A stretch of 64,000 bases of DNA from Candidatus Omnitrophota bacterium (GTDB taxonomy: Bacteria; Omnitrophota; Gorgyraeia; Tantalellales; Tantalellaceae), in contig JBAROI010000054.1 of NCBI GenBank assembly GCA_049642015.1, forward strand, positions 553-64,552. Direction: 5' to 3'. Below, piece by piece: positions 36,901 to 44,066 of this stretch. Both the position numbers and the translations under genes were made by a program. How positions within the stretch are numbered: position 1 is the first letter of the stretch; each line of letters starts with the position of its first letter. Below the pieces are notes generated by a model. The model had not been told where the DNA came from. It searched no databases and saw nothing but the letters and a program-made list of their open reading frames with translations.

Positions 36901-37116
36901 CCCGTGGGGGCGACGGTAAAAAAATACGACCTCGAAAAAGGCACTTACAAGACAGTTACGATCGACCTGACGGACGATATGGTCAAGGAGTTGGAGAAAG
37001 TGATAGCAAAGTGCTGGAAGGACATACAAGAACTTAAATTTGACAAGCTGCCGGAAAGGGACGCAAGCGACCGGTGCGCCAGGTGTGAATTCGACTCTAT
37101 TTGCTGGGCCCGTTAG
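33940..37116 (+). CDS. UvrD/PcrA-type SF1 helicase fused to C-terminal PD-(D/E)xK nuclease with 4-Cys (Cas4/AddB-like) cluster
   Basis: Walker A AGPGTGKTQ, VDEYQDTN, helicase motifs; C-terminal VVDYKTG nuclease motif and C...CARCEFDSIC cysteines. Confidence 0.75.
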   Translation: MDAFQEHYKSLNTEQKEAVDAIDGPLLVLAGPGTGKTQLLSIRASNIIHQEEALPENILILTFTNAAARAMRERLAGIIGHDGYNVEVETFHSFANSIVLESEGAIKYVKDKIEIGEIEKVRALEYILDNVKGVEPLRPFGAPYIHRREIEKRISEMKREGIMPGEFKKELKDVRPDGINLEEKHISRLKALANIYEDYEKLKDEKATLLFDERGRIDYDDMILIALEALKNDKELREAFREQYKYIMVDEYQDTNGAQLELLFTILDPDSQNVCCVGDDDQSIYRFQGATLSNFRVLKERLPALKTIALRDNYRSTGDIINFSGGIIGQLPEEERIAVKKIKACRDYGGGDIRFLEFTTEEEELAFIVEEIKRQAGIIKKDKSLSEEEREKPFNNIAVLVRKRDYILKVIDAFLKAGIPYATDGEEDIRQEKRVRQMLDVLELADADTETGERKPLALYKVLTSDYVGASHADILKFIGFVNKNRSLAKEKGIEEFRSYNLFQRFQEHFTRFKKDNDGELLPPSADDSAGLDISRKLKLEDPHALHKAAWAIARLLTDAGSRPVHDMLMRYVDDTGLYRFILKKYETDKVLRVRDLRSLVSFINRIKESDLSNPAVGLDDFLEELGLRDMHGMPIKGQMATLSQDGVRVYTAHSAKGLEFYTVFIPFCLQQKSWPLRKKPDVVPLPPDIYKSKERVEEKSKIKLLDRYDELRLFYVASSRAKAHLVYSATPAEKVIVSPFLSHVGIEPESGAPADEEKFLGKFLEVGSEDEPLKGTSQILKDIVSHLSLNPTSLNNYIMCGRKYLYDNVLMLPGRKNQHLVFGNCAHKALEEVYTVFMDKKIFPPFKAFKEAFKKELEYQGTNKAIRGWCIDRLETLKEWYRIESKSPVMPVELENKLEISFPEGLLFKGTFDKIEEEGKGTIRVVDYKTGKPDKHVKAITNCRDLLEYKCDDYYRQLIAYKMLYEESGKSSKKGKVARGVLQFLEPVGATVKKYDLEKGTYKTVTIDLTDDMVKELEKVIAKCWKDIQELKFDKLPERDASDRCARCEFDSICWAR

Positions 37117-37160
37117 AAATCTATTGGGGCAAAAGGGTTTAACGCAATTTCTAACGGGCC
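37108..37160 (+). repeat. family-3 hairpin (ggcccgttagaaat / atttctaacgggcc), copy 1
   Basis: 14-bp perfect stem, 25-nt loop; helicase-nuclease stop TAG (37114-37116) lies inside the 5' arm. Confidence 0.6.
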
Positions 37161-37173
37161 TGGGGAGGCTGAC

Positions 37174-38145
37174 ATGGATAAAAGATTTATAAATGAACTG
37201 AAAGTCAATGAGCAGGTCGACTCTTTTTTTGTGATGAGCAAAAAAGAGCTTAAGCTTACAAAATATGACAAACCTTATTTGCAGATAGCTTTGTCAGACA
37301 AGACGGGAAGAATAGAGGCGCGCCTCTGGGATAATGCCGAAAAATACAACGAAGCGGCGGAAACGGGGGACATCATCCACGTGAAAGGTACGGTGGATAA
37401 GTTCCGGGAAGAAAAACAGTTTAAACTGGATTTTATCGCGAAGGCGGACGAAAGAGCTTTTCGCTTTGAAGACATGGTTCGTGTAGCGGAGAACAGGGAT
37501 AAGCTTTATAAGGACACTCTTTCGTATCTTAAAGAGATAAAAAATCCCTGGATAAAAAAACTGTCGGAAAAATTCACCGAGGACGAGGAGCTTATGGCTC
37601 TTTTCGAGGATGGCATTGGGGGAAAAAGCTGGCATAACGCCTATATCGGCGGGCTTTTAGAGCATACTTACGAAGTGATGCATATAGTTGACCAGATGTG
37701 TAGTCTTTATCCCGAAGTTGACAAGGATATAGCCATATTCGGGTCATTTATTCACGACATCGGAAAGGTGCATGAGCTTGACGTGAAAAAGATGGAATAC
37801 ACGGTAGAAGGAGGGCTGGTAGGACACATAGCCATAGGGCACAAGTTGCTCATGGAGAAGATCCAGACTGTTCCGGATTTCCCGCGAAGCCTCTCGCTCA
37901 GGCTCGAGCACATCATTTTGAGCCATCACGGGGAGTACGAGCAGCAGTCGCCGGTTCTTCCCAAGACGCTTGAAGCAACGATAATATACCAGACGGACGA
38001 GTTGGTTTCCCAGACGAACGCGATAAAGGAGATACAGATCGCCCAAAAGGAAGAGGGCAAAGATTGGAGCCATTTCGTCACGATAAAAAACCGGAAATAT
38101 TACATTAAAGACGCGCAGGACGAGGACTGGAAAATTGAATCGTAA
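37174..38145 (+). CDS. yhaM: OB-fold + HD-domain 3'-5' exonuclease, YhaM-like
   Basis: N-terminal OB fold then HD motif (HNAYIGGLLEHT...HDIGK...SHHGEYE). Confidence 0.6.
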   Translation: MDKRFINELKVNEQVDSFFVMSKKELKLTKYDKPYLQIALSDKTGRIEARLWDNAEKYNEAAETGDIIHVKGTVDKFREEKQFKLDFIAKADERAFRFEDMVRVAENRDKLYKDTLSYLKEIKNPWIKKLSEKFTEDEELMALFEDGIGGKSWHNAYIGGLLEHTYEVMHIVDQMCSLYPEVDKDIAIFGSFIHDIGKVHELDVKKMEYTVEGGLVGHIAIGHKLLMEKIQTVPDFPRSLSLRLEHIILSHHGEYEQQSPVLPKTLEATIIYQTDELVSQTNAIKEIQIAQKEEGKDWSHFVTIKNRKYYIKDAQDEDWKIES

Positions 38146-38503
38146 GGATTTTGAAAAACTCGTAATAAAGGCCCTTGAAGACCTGCCGGAAGCTTTCAAA
38201 CGCAGCCTTAATAATGTTGACGTCGTAATAGAGGACGAACCCACCCCCGATCAGGCAAATAAAGTAGACGCCGCCCACCGCCGCATGGTCCTGGGTCTTT
38301 ATCAGGGCGTGCCCCTTGCCAGGAGAAACCATCTCTACGGCATGGTGATGCCGGATAAAATATCCATTTTCCAGAAGAACATTGAAAGGGTATGCAAGAC
38401 GGAAGAAGACATAGTACGCCTGGTCACGCATACTGTCGAACACGAGCTGGCGCATCACTTTGGAATATCGGATAAACGCCTTAAAGAATTAGGTATCTAT
38501 TGA
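38135..38503 (+). CDS. small zincin-like metallopeptidase-fold protein (DUF1025-like)
   Basis: HTVEHELAHHFG HExxH motif in ~120-aa protein. Confidence 0.55.
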   Translation: MNRKDFEKLVIKALEDLPEAFKRSLNNVDVVIEDEPTPDQANKVDAAHRRMVLGLYQGVPLARRNHLYGMVMPDKISIFQKNIERVCKTEEDIVRLVTHTVEHELAHHFGISDKRLKELGIY

Positions 38504-39588
38504 GAGGATGAGACCCTGATATTGTCTATGTAGATAGGGCCCGAATAAGCGGGTTTCCTGTTTGATTCTATCCTCAGCGCTATTTTCCGCACATCGGACC
38601 TGAAGGCTTCGTCGACTTTCGCCCGTTTCCAGTCGCTTCCCCCTTCCAGCATGTTCGCGCTTATGGTTGTCCACTCTCCGGGGACCAGACGCACGCTGCG
38701 CGACATTTCAACAAATCGCCAGTCTCCGCCGACCGTAAGGATGAGGCGGGCCCTGAGGCCCTCCGGACAATCGGCAGGCACGAAAACATCCGCCTGGATA
38801 CCGTCGTAGTTGCTGAGATCAAGATATTGCTGCACTTCTATCAGGGCCGCGGTCCAATGGCCGCCGGAGAATTCCGCGATGAGTTCAAGGCCGCCGCTCC
38901 CGCTATTCGCGAAGGCGTCCGTCCTCTTAAGGGACCTGGCGACGTGATCCGGCTTATCGACTTCCCAGGCAGGTATCTCCCAGCCATCTTCGTCGACCTC
39001 GAAATCATACAGAGTTTTAACGTTTCGCGCGGCGGGTGCCGTCACGGGAGGCTTGGGTTTAGTTTTAGGTTTTGGAATTTCAATAAATGCGGCTTCAGGC
39101 CGCGAAGCGTGTATTTTATTGGGCAGGTCCTGCTTTAGCCTGGCAACGAACTCCTGCGCTGTTTTGGGCAGGGAAAACCTTATCGTTTCAGACGACGGGT
39201 GCATCACCCCCGGCAAAACGATCTGTATTTTTTCGGACGAAGAGACCCGTTTTAATTTAGCCGTTAAGTCCTGTATTATCCTGGGTGGCTTGGTTTGCTT
39301 TCTGGAAGCGATCCCCGGTTCAACGTTAATGTTTACGTTGAAGACGATACGTTTTCCGCGCAGTAGATAACCTGCCGCGAAAATGATACTGCTGATTATC
39401 CAGAGGATAAAAAGGAAGGTTAACGGAGACCAACGGCGTCGAGGGGGTGCATACTGCACCTTTTCCTGTTGGGCCTTTTCCTGTTGAGCTTTTTCCTGAA
39501 TGGGGGACGAGGGTTTATCCTCTGTATTTCCGAAATATGTACGTGACAGTTCAATATCTATTTGGTCACGCGTTTTATGCTCTCCCAT
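38497..39588 (-). CDS. membrane-anchored protein with Pro/Lys linker and C-terminal carbohydrate-binding-module-like beta-sandwich domain
   Basis: Start with SD on minus strand; N-terminal Gln/Lys repeats, one TM, PKPKTKPKPP linker; C-terminal ...IYIDNIRVS typical of CBM-like domains; divergent from ParA-CBM48 gene. Confidence 0.45.
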   Translation of the reverse strand: MGEHKTRDQIDIELSRTYFGNTEDKPSSPIQEKAQQEKAQQEKVQYAPPRRRWSPLTFLFILWIISSIIFAAGYLLRGKRIVFNVNINVEPGIASRKQTKPPRIIQDLTAKLKRVSSSEKIQIVLPGVMHPSSETIRFSLPKTAQEFVARLKQDLPNKIHASRPEAAFIEIPKPKTKPKPPVTAPAARNVKTLYDFEVDEDGWEIPAWEVDKPDHVARSLKRTDAFANSGSGGLELIAEFSGGHWTAALIEVQQYLDLSNYDGIQADVFVPADCPEGLRARLILTVGGDWRFVEMSRSVRLVPGEWTTISANMLEGGSDWKRAKVDEAFRSDVRKIALRIESNRKPAYSGPIYIDNIRVSSSQ

Positions 39589-39676
39589 AGTCGTAAATCT
39601 CCCGTGCCAAGCTATTTACAATTTGATTATATTAAAGTTTTACATAATAAGTCAAGAATTTATTTACGCGCCATTA

Positions 39677-39705
39677 TTTACATATCATAATTAATATGAT
39701 ATACT
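39677..39705 (+). promoter_or_regulatory. putative promoter (TTTACA-17-TATACT) with 8-5-8 palindromic operator in the spacer
   Basis: tttaca 39677-39682; tatact 39700-39705; palindrome atatcata-attaa-tatgatat at 39682-39702. Confidence 0.5.
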
Positions 39706-39738
39706 TTGCACAAAAAGAAGCGCGAAGCGGGAGTATAC

Positions 39739-40782
39739 ATGAGAGTAATATCCGTTGCCAACCAGAAGGGGGGCTGTGGAAAAACAACCCTGGCCACGAA
39801 CATAGCGGCGTCCTTTTCAGGCCTGGGAAATGAAACCCTACTGATCGACCTGGATCCCCAGGCGCACGCCACGTTCGCCATGGGTTATTGCAAGAAATCG
39901 TCCGACCGCAGGACGTCGTACGATATTTTCCGGGCCCATTTTGAAGGCTCGCCCATACCGTTTGACCAGATCGTCGCGACTGATAGAAGCAAGCTATCGT
40001 TTATATCCGCGAATATGATGCTCAGCGCGGCCGAGATCAATCTCGGGAGCGTGAACGGAGCGGCGGCCATATTGTCCCGCACTCTGTCCGATCCTTTTTT
40101 TGAAAAATACGAATACATCATTATTGACTCACCCCCCAGCTTCGGCTTTTTAACGCTTAATTCCATGTATGCCGCGGATGTGATCCTGGTCCCCATGGAC
40201 CTGGGCTACTTTTCTCTGAACAGCGTTGACAGTGTGCACCGGGTGACGGGCCTGTTGAATTCCGAAACAGGGAGGAACCCTTCGGTATTTTTTGTCCTGA
40301 ACCTTTTTGACAAGCGTTCAAGGTTCGCAAAAAGATTCGAGAACGACGCGATCAAGAAGCTTGGGCCTTATCTTCTTTCCACCAGGATCCACTCAAGCGT
40401 GAGGCTGAGAGAGGCCGCCGAAACCGGCAAGACGATATTCGAACATGATCCCGAATCCACGTCAGCGCTTGATTTTTGCAACCTGACCAAGGAGCTTTTG
40501 ACCATTGAGGATGAGGACATAAATACCAGCATAAAGCAATTCTTTATCCACGCCCCGCAGGCCAGCCACGTGTACGTGCTTGGGGACTTTAACGGATGGC
40601 AGAAATCGCAAGCCAGCCGTCTTTCCCGGCTGGAGGACGGCAGCTGGTCGGCCCACATTATGCTGGATCGAGGAAGATACCGTTACAAGTACCTCATAGA
40701 CGATCAATGGATCCACGATTCTAAAAACCCCCAGAAAGAGACTAATCCGTTTGGCAGCATTGACTCAGTTCTGACAGTTTAA
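39739..40782 (+). CDS. ParA/MinD-family ATPase fused to C-terminal CBM48 (AMPK-beta glycogen-binding) domain
   Basis: Deviant Walker A VANQKGGCGKTT, ParA core; C-terminal HVYVLGDFNGWQ...YRYKYLIDDQWIHDSKNP matches AMPK1_CBM/CBM48; start chosen at MRVISVANQ (39739). Confidence 0.75.
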   Translation: MRVISVANQKGGCGKTTLATNIAASFSGLGNETLLIDLDPQAHATFAMGYCKKSSDRRTSYDIFRAHFEGSPIPFDQIVATDRSKLSFISANMMLSAAEINLGSVNGAAAILSRTLSDPFFEKYEYIIIDSPPSFGFLTLNSMYAADVILVPMDLGYFSLNSVDSVHRVTGLLNSETGRNPSVFFVLNLFDKRSRFAKRFENDAIKKLGPYLLSTRIHSSVRLREAAETGKTIFEHDPESTSALDFCNLTKELLTIEDEDINTSIKQFFIHAPQASHVYVLGDFNGWQKSQASRLSRLEDGSWSAHIMLDRGRYRYKYLIDDQWIHDSKNPQKETNPFGSIDSVLTV

Positions 40783-40863
40783 GGAAAGAGGTAGGCATGT
40801 CACAACCTGTAATCTATGATAAAAATAAACAGGACATAGTTGTTCGCTATAACCGGTAGTGGT

Positions 40864-41283
40864 ATGCAAAAATTCAACGTAAGCCCAGCAAAAGAAAAAA
40901 ATCTTAAAGACAAAATGTGCCGCTTCGGCATAAAAGAGCGCGACCTGACGGAGAAGTTCATCAGGTCAAGCGGCAAAGGCGGACAGCACGTCAATAAAAC
41001 GTCTACCTGCGTATACCTGAAGCATAATCCGACGGGTATAGAGGTCAAATGCGGCAAAGAGCGCTCTCAGGTCCTGAACCGGTTTCTGGCCCGCAGGATG
41101 CTGGCGGGGAAGATCGAGACGATGGTGCTGGGAAAAGAAGCGGAAGAAAAAAAGCGCATTGCGAAAATACGCAGACAAAAGCGCAAAAGGTCCAAAAGGG
41201 CAAAAGAAAAAATGCTCGCTACCAAGAAAAGACGAGCTGAGAAGAAGACCCTGCGCAAGAAAGTAGGACTTGAGAACGATTAG
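40864..41283 (+). CDS. arfB: alternative ribosome-rescue factor ArfB (peptidyl-tRNA hydrolase, GGQ)
   Basis: SGKGGQHVNKT motif, short size, Lys/Arg-rich C-terminal tail; start uncertain (40840 TTG, 40864 ATG or 40915 ATG). Confidence 0.7.
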   Translation: MQKFNVSPAKEKNLKDKMCRFGIKERDLTEKFIRSSGKGGQHVNKTSTCVYLKHNPTGIEVKCGKERSQVLNRFLARRMLAGKIETMVLGKEAEEKKRIAKIRRQKRKRSKRAKEKMLATKKRRAEKKTLRKKVGLEND

Positions 41284-41293
41284 TAGCGCTCTG

Positions 41294-41393
41294 ATAACCG
41301 GTGAAGGGTACTCCGCGCGCAGTTTCCGAAAAATAGTAATCTTAGGTCATTGTTTTCGGACTGTTTGAGCACGGAGTACCCTTCACCGGTTAT
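41294..41393 (+). repeat. family-2 long hairpin element (copy 1)
   Basis: 22-bp perfect outer stem ataaccggtgaagggtactccg/cggagtacccttcaccggttat around conserved core cgcgcagtttccgaaaaat...ttttcggaNtgtttgagcacgg; begins 11 nt after arfB stop. Confidence 0.6.
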
Positions 41394-41430
41394 TAAGGCG
41401 CCGCTAGTACGGGAACGACAAGGGTAGCAG

Positions 41431-42993
41431 ATGGGCAAGAAGATCAGGGAGACTTGGGGCACGCGCCTGGGCGTTATAATGGCTGTTGCCGGATCGGCGG
41501 TAGGCCTGGGCAATTTCCTGCGTTTTCCGGTGCAGGCGGCAAAGAACGGAGGGGGCGCGTTCATGATCCCCTACTTTGTTGCGCTCCTCCTGGTAGGGAT
41601 ACCGCTGATGTGGATAGAGTGGTCCATAGGGCGCTACGGCGGCGGATTTGAGCATTCCTCGGCTCCCGGCGTGTTCCACAGCCTGTGGGAAAAGAACCGC
41701 TTTATCAAGTATTTCGGGGTCATAGGGATATTCGGTCCGCTTGTGATCATGATCTACTACACCTATATCGAATCGTGGACCCTTGCCTACAGCTTTTTCT
41801 CGGTCACGGGAAGATATTCCGGCCTGACGGATCGCTCCTCCATGGAGGCATTTCTATCCGCCTTTCAGGGGTTGACAAAGAATCAGTATTTTTCCAGCAT
41901 AGCCCCGGCGTACATATTTTTTCTGATAACGTTCGCGATCAACATGGCGGTCCTGTCTTACGGTATCCGCGGGGGGATAGAACGGTTCTGCAAGTTCGCG
42001 ATGCCGACCCTGCTTATCTTCGGCATCATACTGGCCGTCCGGGTCCTCAGTCTCGGAGTCCCTGATCCCGCGAAACCCGCATGGAACGTGGCAAACGGAC
42101 TGGGATATCTGTGGAACCCGGATTTTTCCCGTCTTAAAGAAGCGAGGGTATGGCTTGCGGCAACCGGGCAGATATTCTTTACGCTGAGCGTAGGCATCGG
42201 CGTTATACTGACGTACGCCAGTTACCTTAGAAGGGGTGACGACGTGACGCTGTCGGGACTTACCGCGGTAAGCATGAACGAAACGGCTGAAGTCGTCCTT
42301 GGCGGCAGCATCGTGATCCCCGCGGCTTTTATATTTTTTGGTCCGATGGCGATAGGAGCAATAGCCAACTCCGGCGCTTTCAATCTTGGATTTGTAACAA
42401 TGCCTCTGATCTTTTTACACATGCCTTTTTCGGAACTTTTAGGATTTTTGTGGTTCGCCCTTCTTTTTCTTGCCGGCGTCACTTCGTCCGTTTCCCTCGC
42501 GCAGCCGGCCATCGCTTTCCTCGAAGATGAATTCGACATATCGCGGAAAAAGGCCGTGCTGCTTTTCGGTATAGTGACTTTTACCCTGTGTAACGGCGCG
42601 ATATTTTTCCTCGGAAGGGGAGTAGTGGACGAGCTGGATTTTTGGGGCGGCACATTTTGCCTGGTGCTTTTTGCCGCGATCGAAGTGATCTTGTTCGGAT
42701 GGATATTCGGGATAGAGAAGGCGTGGGAGGAAGCTCATCACGGGGCCGACATGAGAATTCCGGGAATCTATAAATACATAATCAAGTACGTAACGCCGGT
42801 ATTTCTTCTGGCGGTTCTTGCAGCGTGGTTCTTCCAGGATTGGCTGCCCATCATGCGTATGGATAACATTTCACCGGAGAACGCTCCTTATATCATGGCA
42901 ACGCGAGTAGGCCTCTTGCTGCTTTTTCTCGCGCTTGCGATAATGGTCAAGGTCGCGTGGAAAAAACGGAGAATAAAGGGGAATCCTGTATGA
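41431..42993 (+). CDS. sodium-dependent transporter, NSS (SNF) family
   Basis: 12-TM; N-terminal GTRLGVIMAVAGSAVGLGNFLRFP signature. Confidence 0.85.
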   Translation: MGKKIRETWGTRLGVIMAVAGSAVGLGNFLRFPVQAAKNGGGAFMIPYFVALLLVGIPLMWIEWSIGRYGGGFEHSSAPGVFHSLWEKNRFIKYFGVIGIFGPLVIMIYYTYIESWTLAYSFFSVTGRYSGLTDRSSMEAFLSAFQGLTKNQYFSSIAPAYIFFLITFAINMAVLSYGIRGGIERFCKFAMPTLLIFGIILAVRVLSLGVPDPAKPAWNVANGLGYLWNPDFSRLKEARVWLAATGQIFFTLSVGIGVILTYASYLRRGDDVTLSGLTAVSMNETAEVVLGGSIVIPAAFIFFGPMAIGAIANSGAFNLGFVTMPLIFLHMPFSELLGFLWFALLFLAGVTSSVSLAQPAIAFLEDEFDISRKKAVLLFGIVTFTLCNGAIFFLGRGVVDELDFWGGTFCLVLFAAIEVILFGWIFGIEKAWEEAHHGADMRIPGIYKYIIKYVTPVFLLAVLAAWFFQDWLPIMRMDNISPENAPYIMATRVGLLLLFLALAIMVKVAWKKRRIKGNPV

Positions 42994-43156
42994 AGCCGCT
43001 TGGATGGATTTTTTTAGTTTTGTCATGGGCCTGCATTTTGGGGCTGGTATTCTTCTGTTTCATGAAAATTTTCAAAAAAAAGGAAATTGATTGATTTTTA
43101 TTAATATTTATATATAATTATAATATTGATATACTTACTGGAACAAGGAGGAAGAC

Positions 43157-43390
43157 ATGGAAAAAGACGTCGCAGTGTTTGAAAAGAACAAATACCAGGA
43201 CGTGAAATTCCGGATCTCGGAATATCAGGGCAATGATGTAATAGATATCCGGATCTGGACCCAACCCCCGCAGGGAGGAGAAAAGGTTCCTACCGGCAAA
43301 GGAGTGAACATCAATGTCAAACTTTTTCCAAAGCTGAAGGAATCCGTTCTTAAGCTGGAGAAAGATCTCGCGGAAGCCAGCATGCTTTGA
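43157..43390 (+). CDS. PC4/YdbC-like ssDNA-binding protein
   Basis: ~75-aa protein with KYQDVKFRISEYQGNDVIDIRIW...GKGVNIN pattern reminiscent of PC4-like fold; tentative. Confidence 0.5.
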   Translation: MEKDVAVFEKNKYQDVKFRISEYQGNDVIDIRIWTQPPQGGEKVPTGKGVNINVKLFPKLKESVLKLEKDLAEASML

Positions 43391-43430
43391 GTGGCCTCGC
43401 TATATAATGCGAAGCCCGTAAGGAATACAC

Positions 43431-43868
43431 ATGCAAAAACGCGAGAGGAGACATTTTATAAGGCATCTTCTTGTTAACCCTCTTGAATTCAAGGTTACCG
43501 AGGAGGAAGAGCCGGAGAAGACGGAGACGATAAACGTAAGCGAGGGCGGACTTCTTTTCATGGCAAAAAAAGACGTCGCACCCGGCACGGTTATAAGGAT
43601 CCAGATGCCGCTCTACGAAAAGACGTTCAACATAAAAGCGAGCGTCGTACACAGTGACAAAGATTCCACATCCGGCCTGTATAAGGTCGGCGTTAAATTC
43701 TTGACCTACTCTGACGCTTTCAAAGTCAAGCTCATCGAACAGATCTATCTAATAGAAGAATATCGTGTTCTTCGCTCACTTCAGCTGGGCAAAGACATGT
43801 CCCTTAAAGAAGCCTCAAGCGAGTGGATAAAAAAGTACTCGGAAACCTTCGAGAAACTTTACTGGTAA
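43431..43868 (+). CDS. PilZ-domain protein (putative c-di-GMP receptor)
   Basis: N-terminal RRHFIR (RxxxR) and downstream D-S-EGG motif. Confidence 0.65.
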   Translation: MQKRERRHFIRHLLVNPLEFKVTEEEEPEKTETINVSEGGLLFMAKKDVAPGTVIRIQMPLYEKTFNIKASVVHSDKDSTSGLYKVGVKFLTYSDAFKVKLIEQIYLIEEYRVLRSLQLGKDMSLKEASSEWIKKYSETFEKLYW

Positions 43869-44000
43869 AACGCCTTCCCGTCAAAAAAAATCAAAGAAAT
43901 TTTTAAAATCTAAACCACTACATTATGTAGGCAAAAATAACCTTGTACCTGCATAATGTAGACTTTTAAAAATTGTTTAAAATGTCAATTTTTTAGCCAT

Positions 44001-44029
44001 TTGACAAATATATATATATTGTGTATACT
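44001..44029 (+). promoter_or_regulatory. dcw-cluster promoter TTGACA-17-TATACT
   Basis: ttgaca 44001-44006; tatact 44024-44029. Confidence 0.65.
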
Positions 44030-44031
44030 TC

Positions 44032-44066
44032 TGGGTTGTAGTGGAATAAAGTGGAGGAGAGTGGAG
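44032..44066 (+). promoter_or_regulatory. putative MraZ operator: four TGGRN direct repeats at 10-bp phasing
   Basis: tgggt 44032, tggaa 44042, tggag 44052, tggag 44062; matches known MraZ TGGGN-N5 repeat architecture. Confidence 0.55.

Noticed and set aside
39706-39738. Longer N-terminal extension (MHKKKREAGVY) of the ParA-CBM48 ORF
   Set aside because: The extension start sits immediately after the predicted -10 element. ParA proteins canonically begin M-R/K-V-I-x-V-x-N-x-K-G-G, and the ATG at 39739 has a GGGAG SD.
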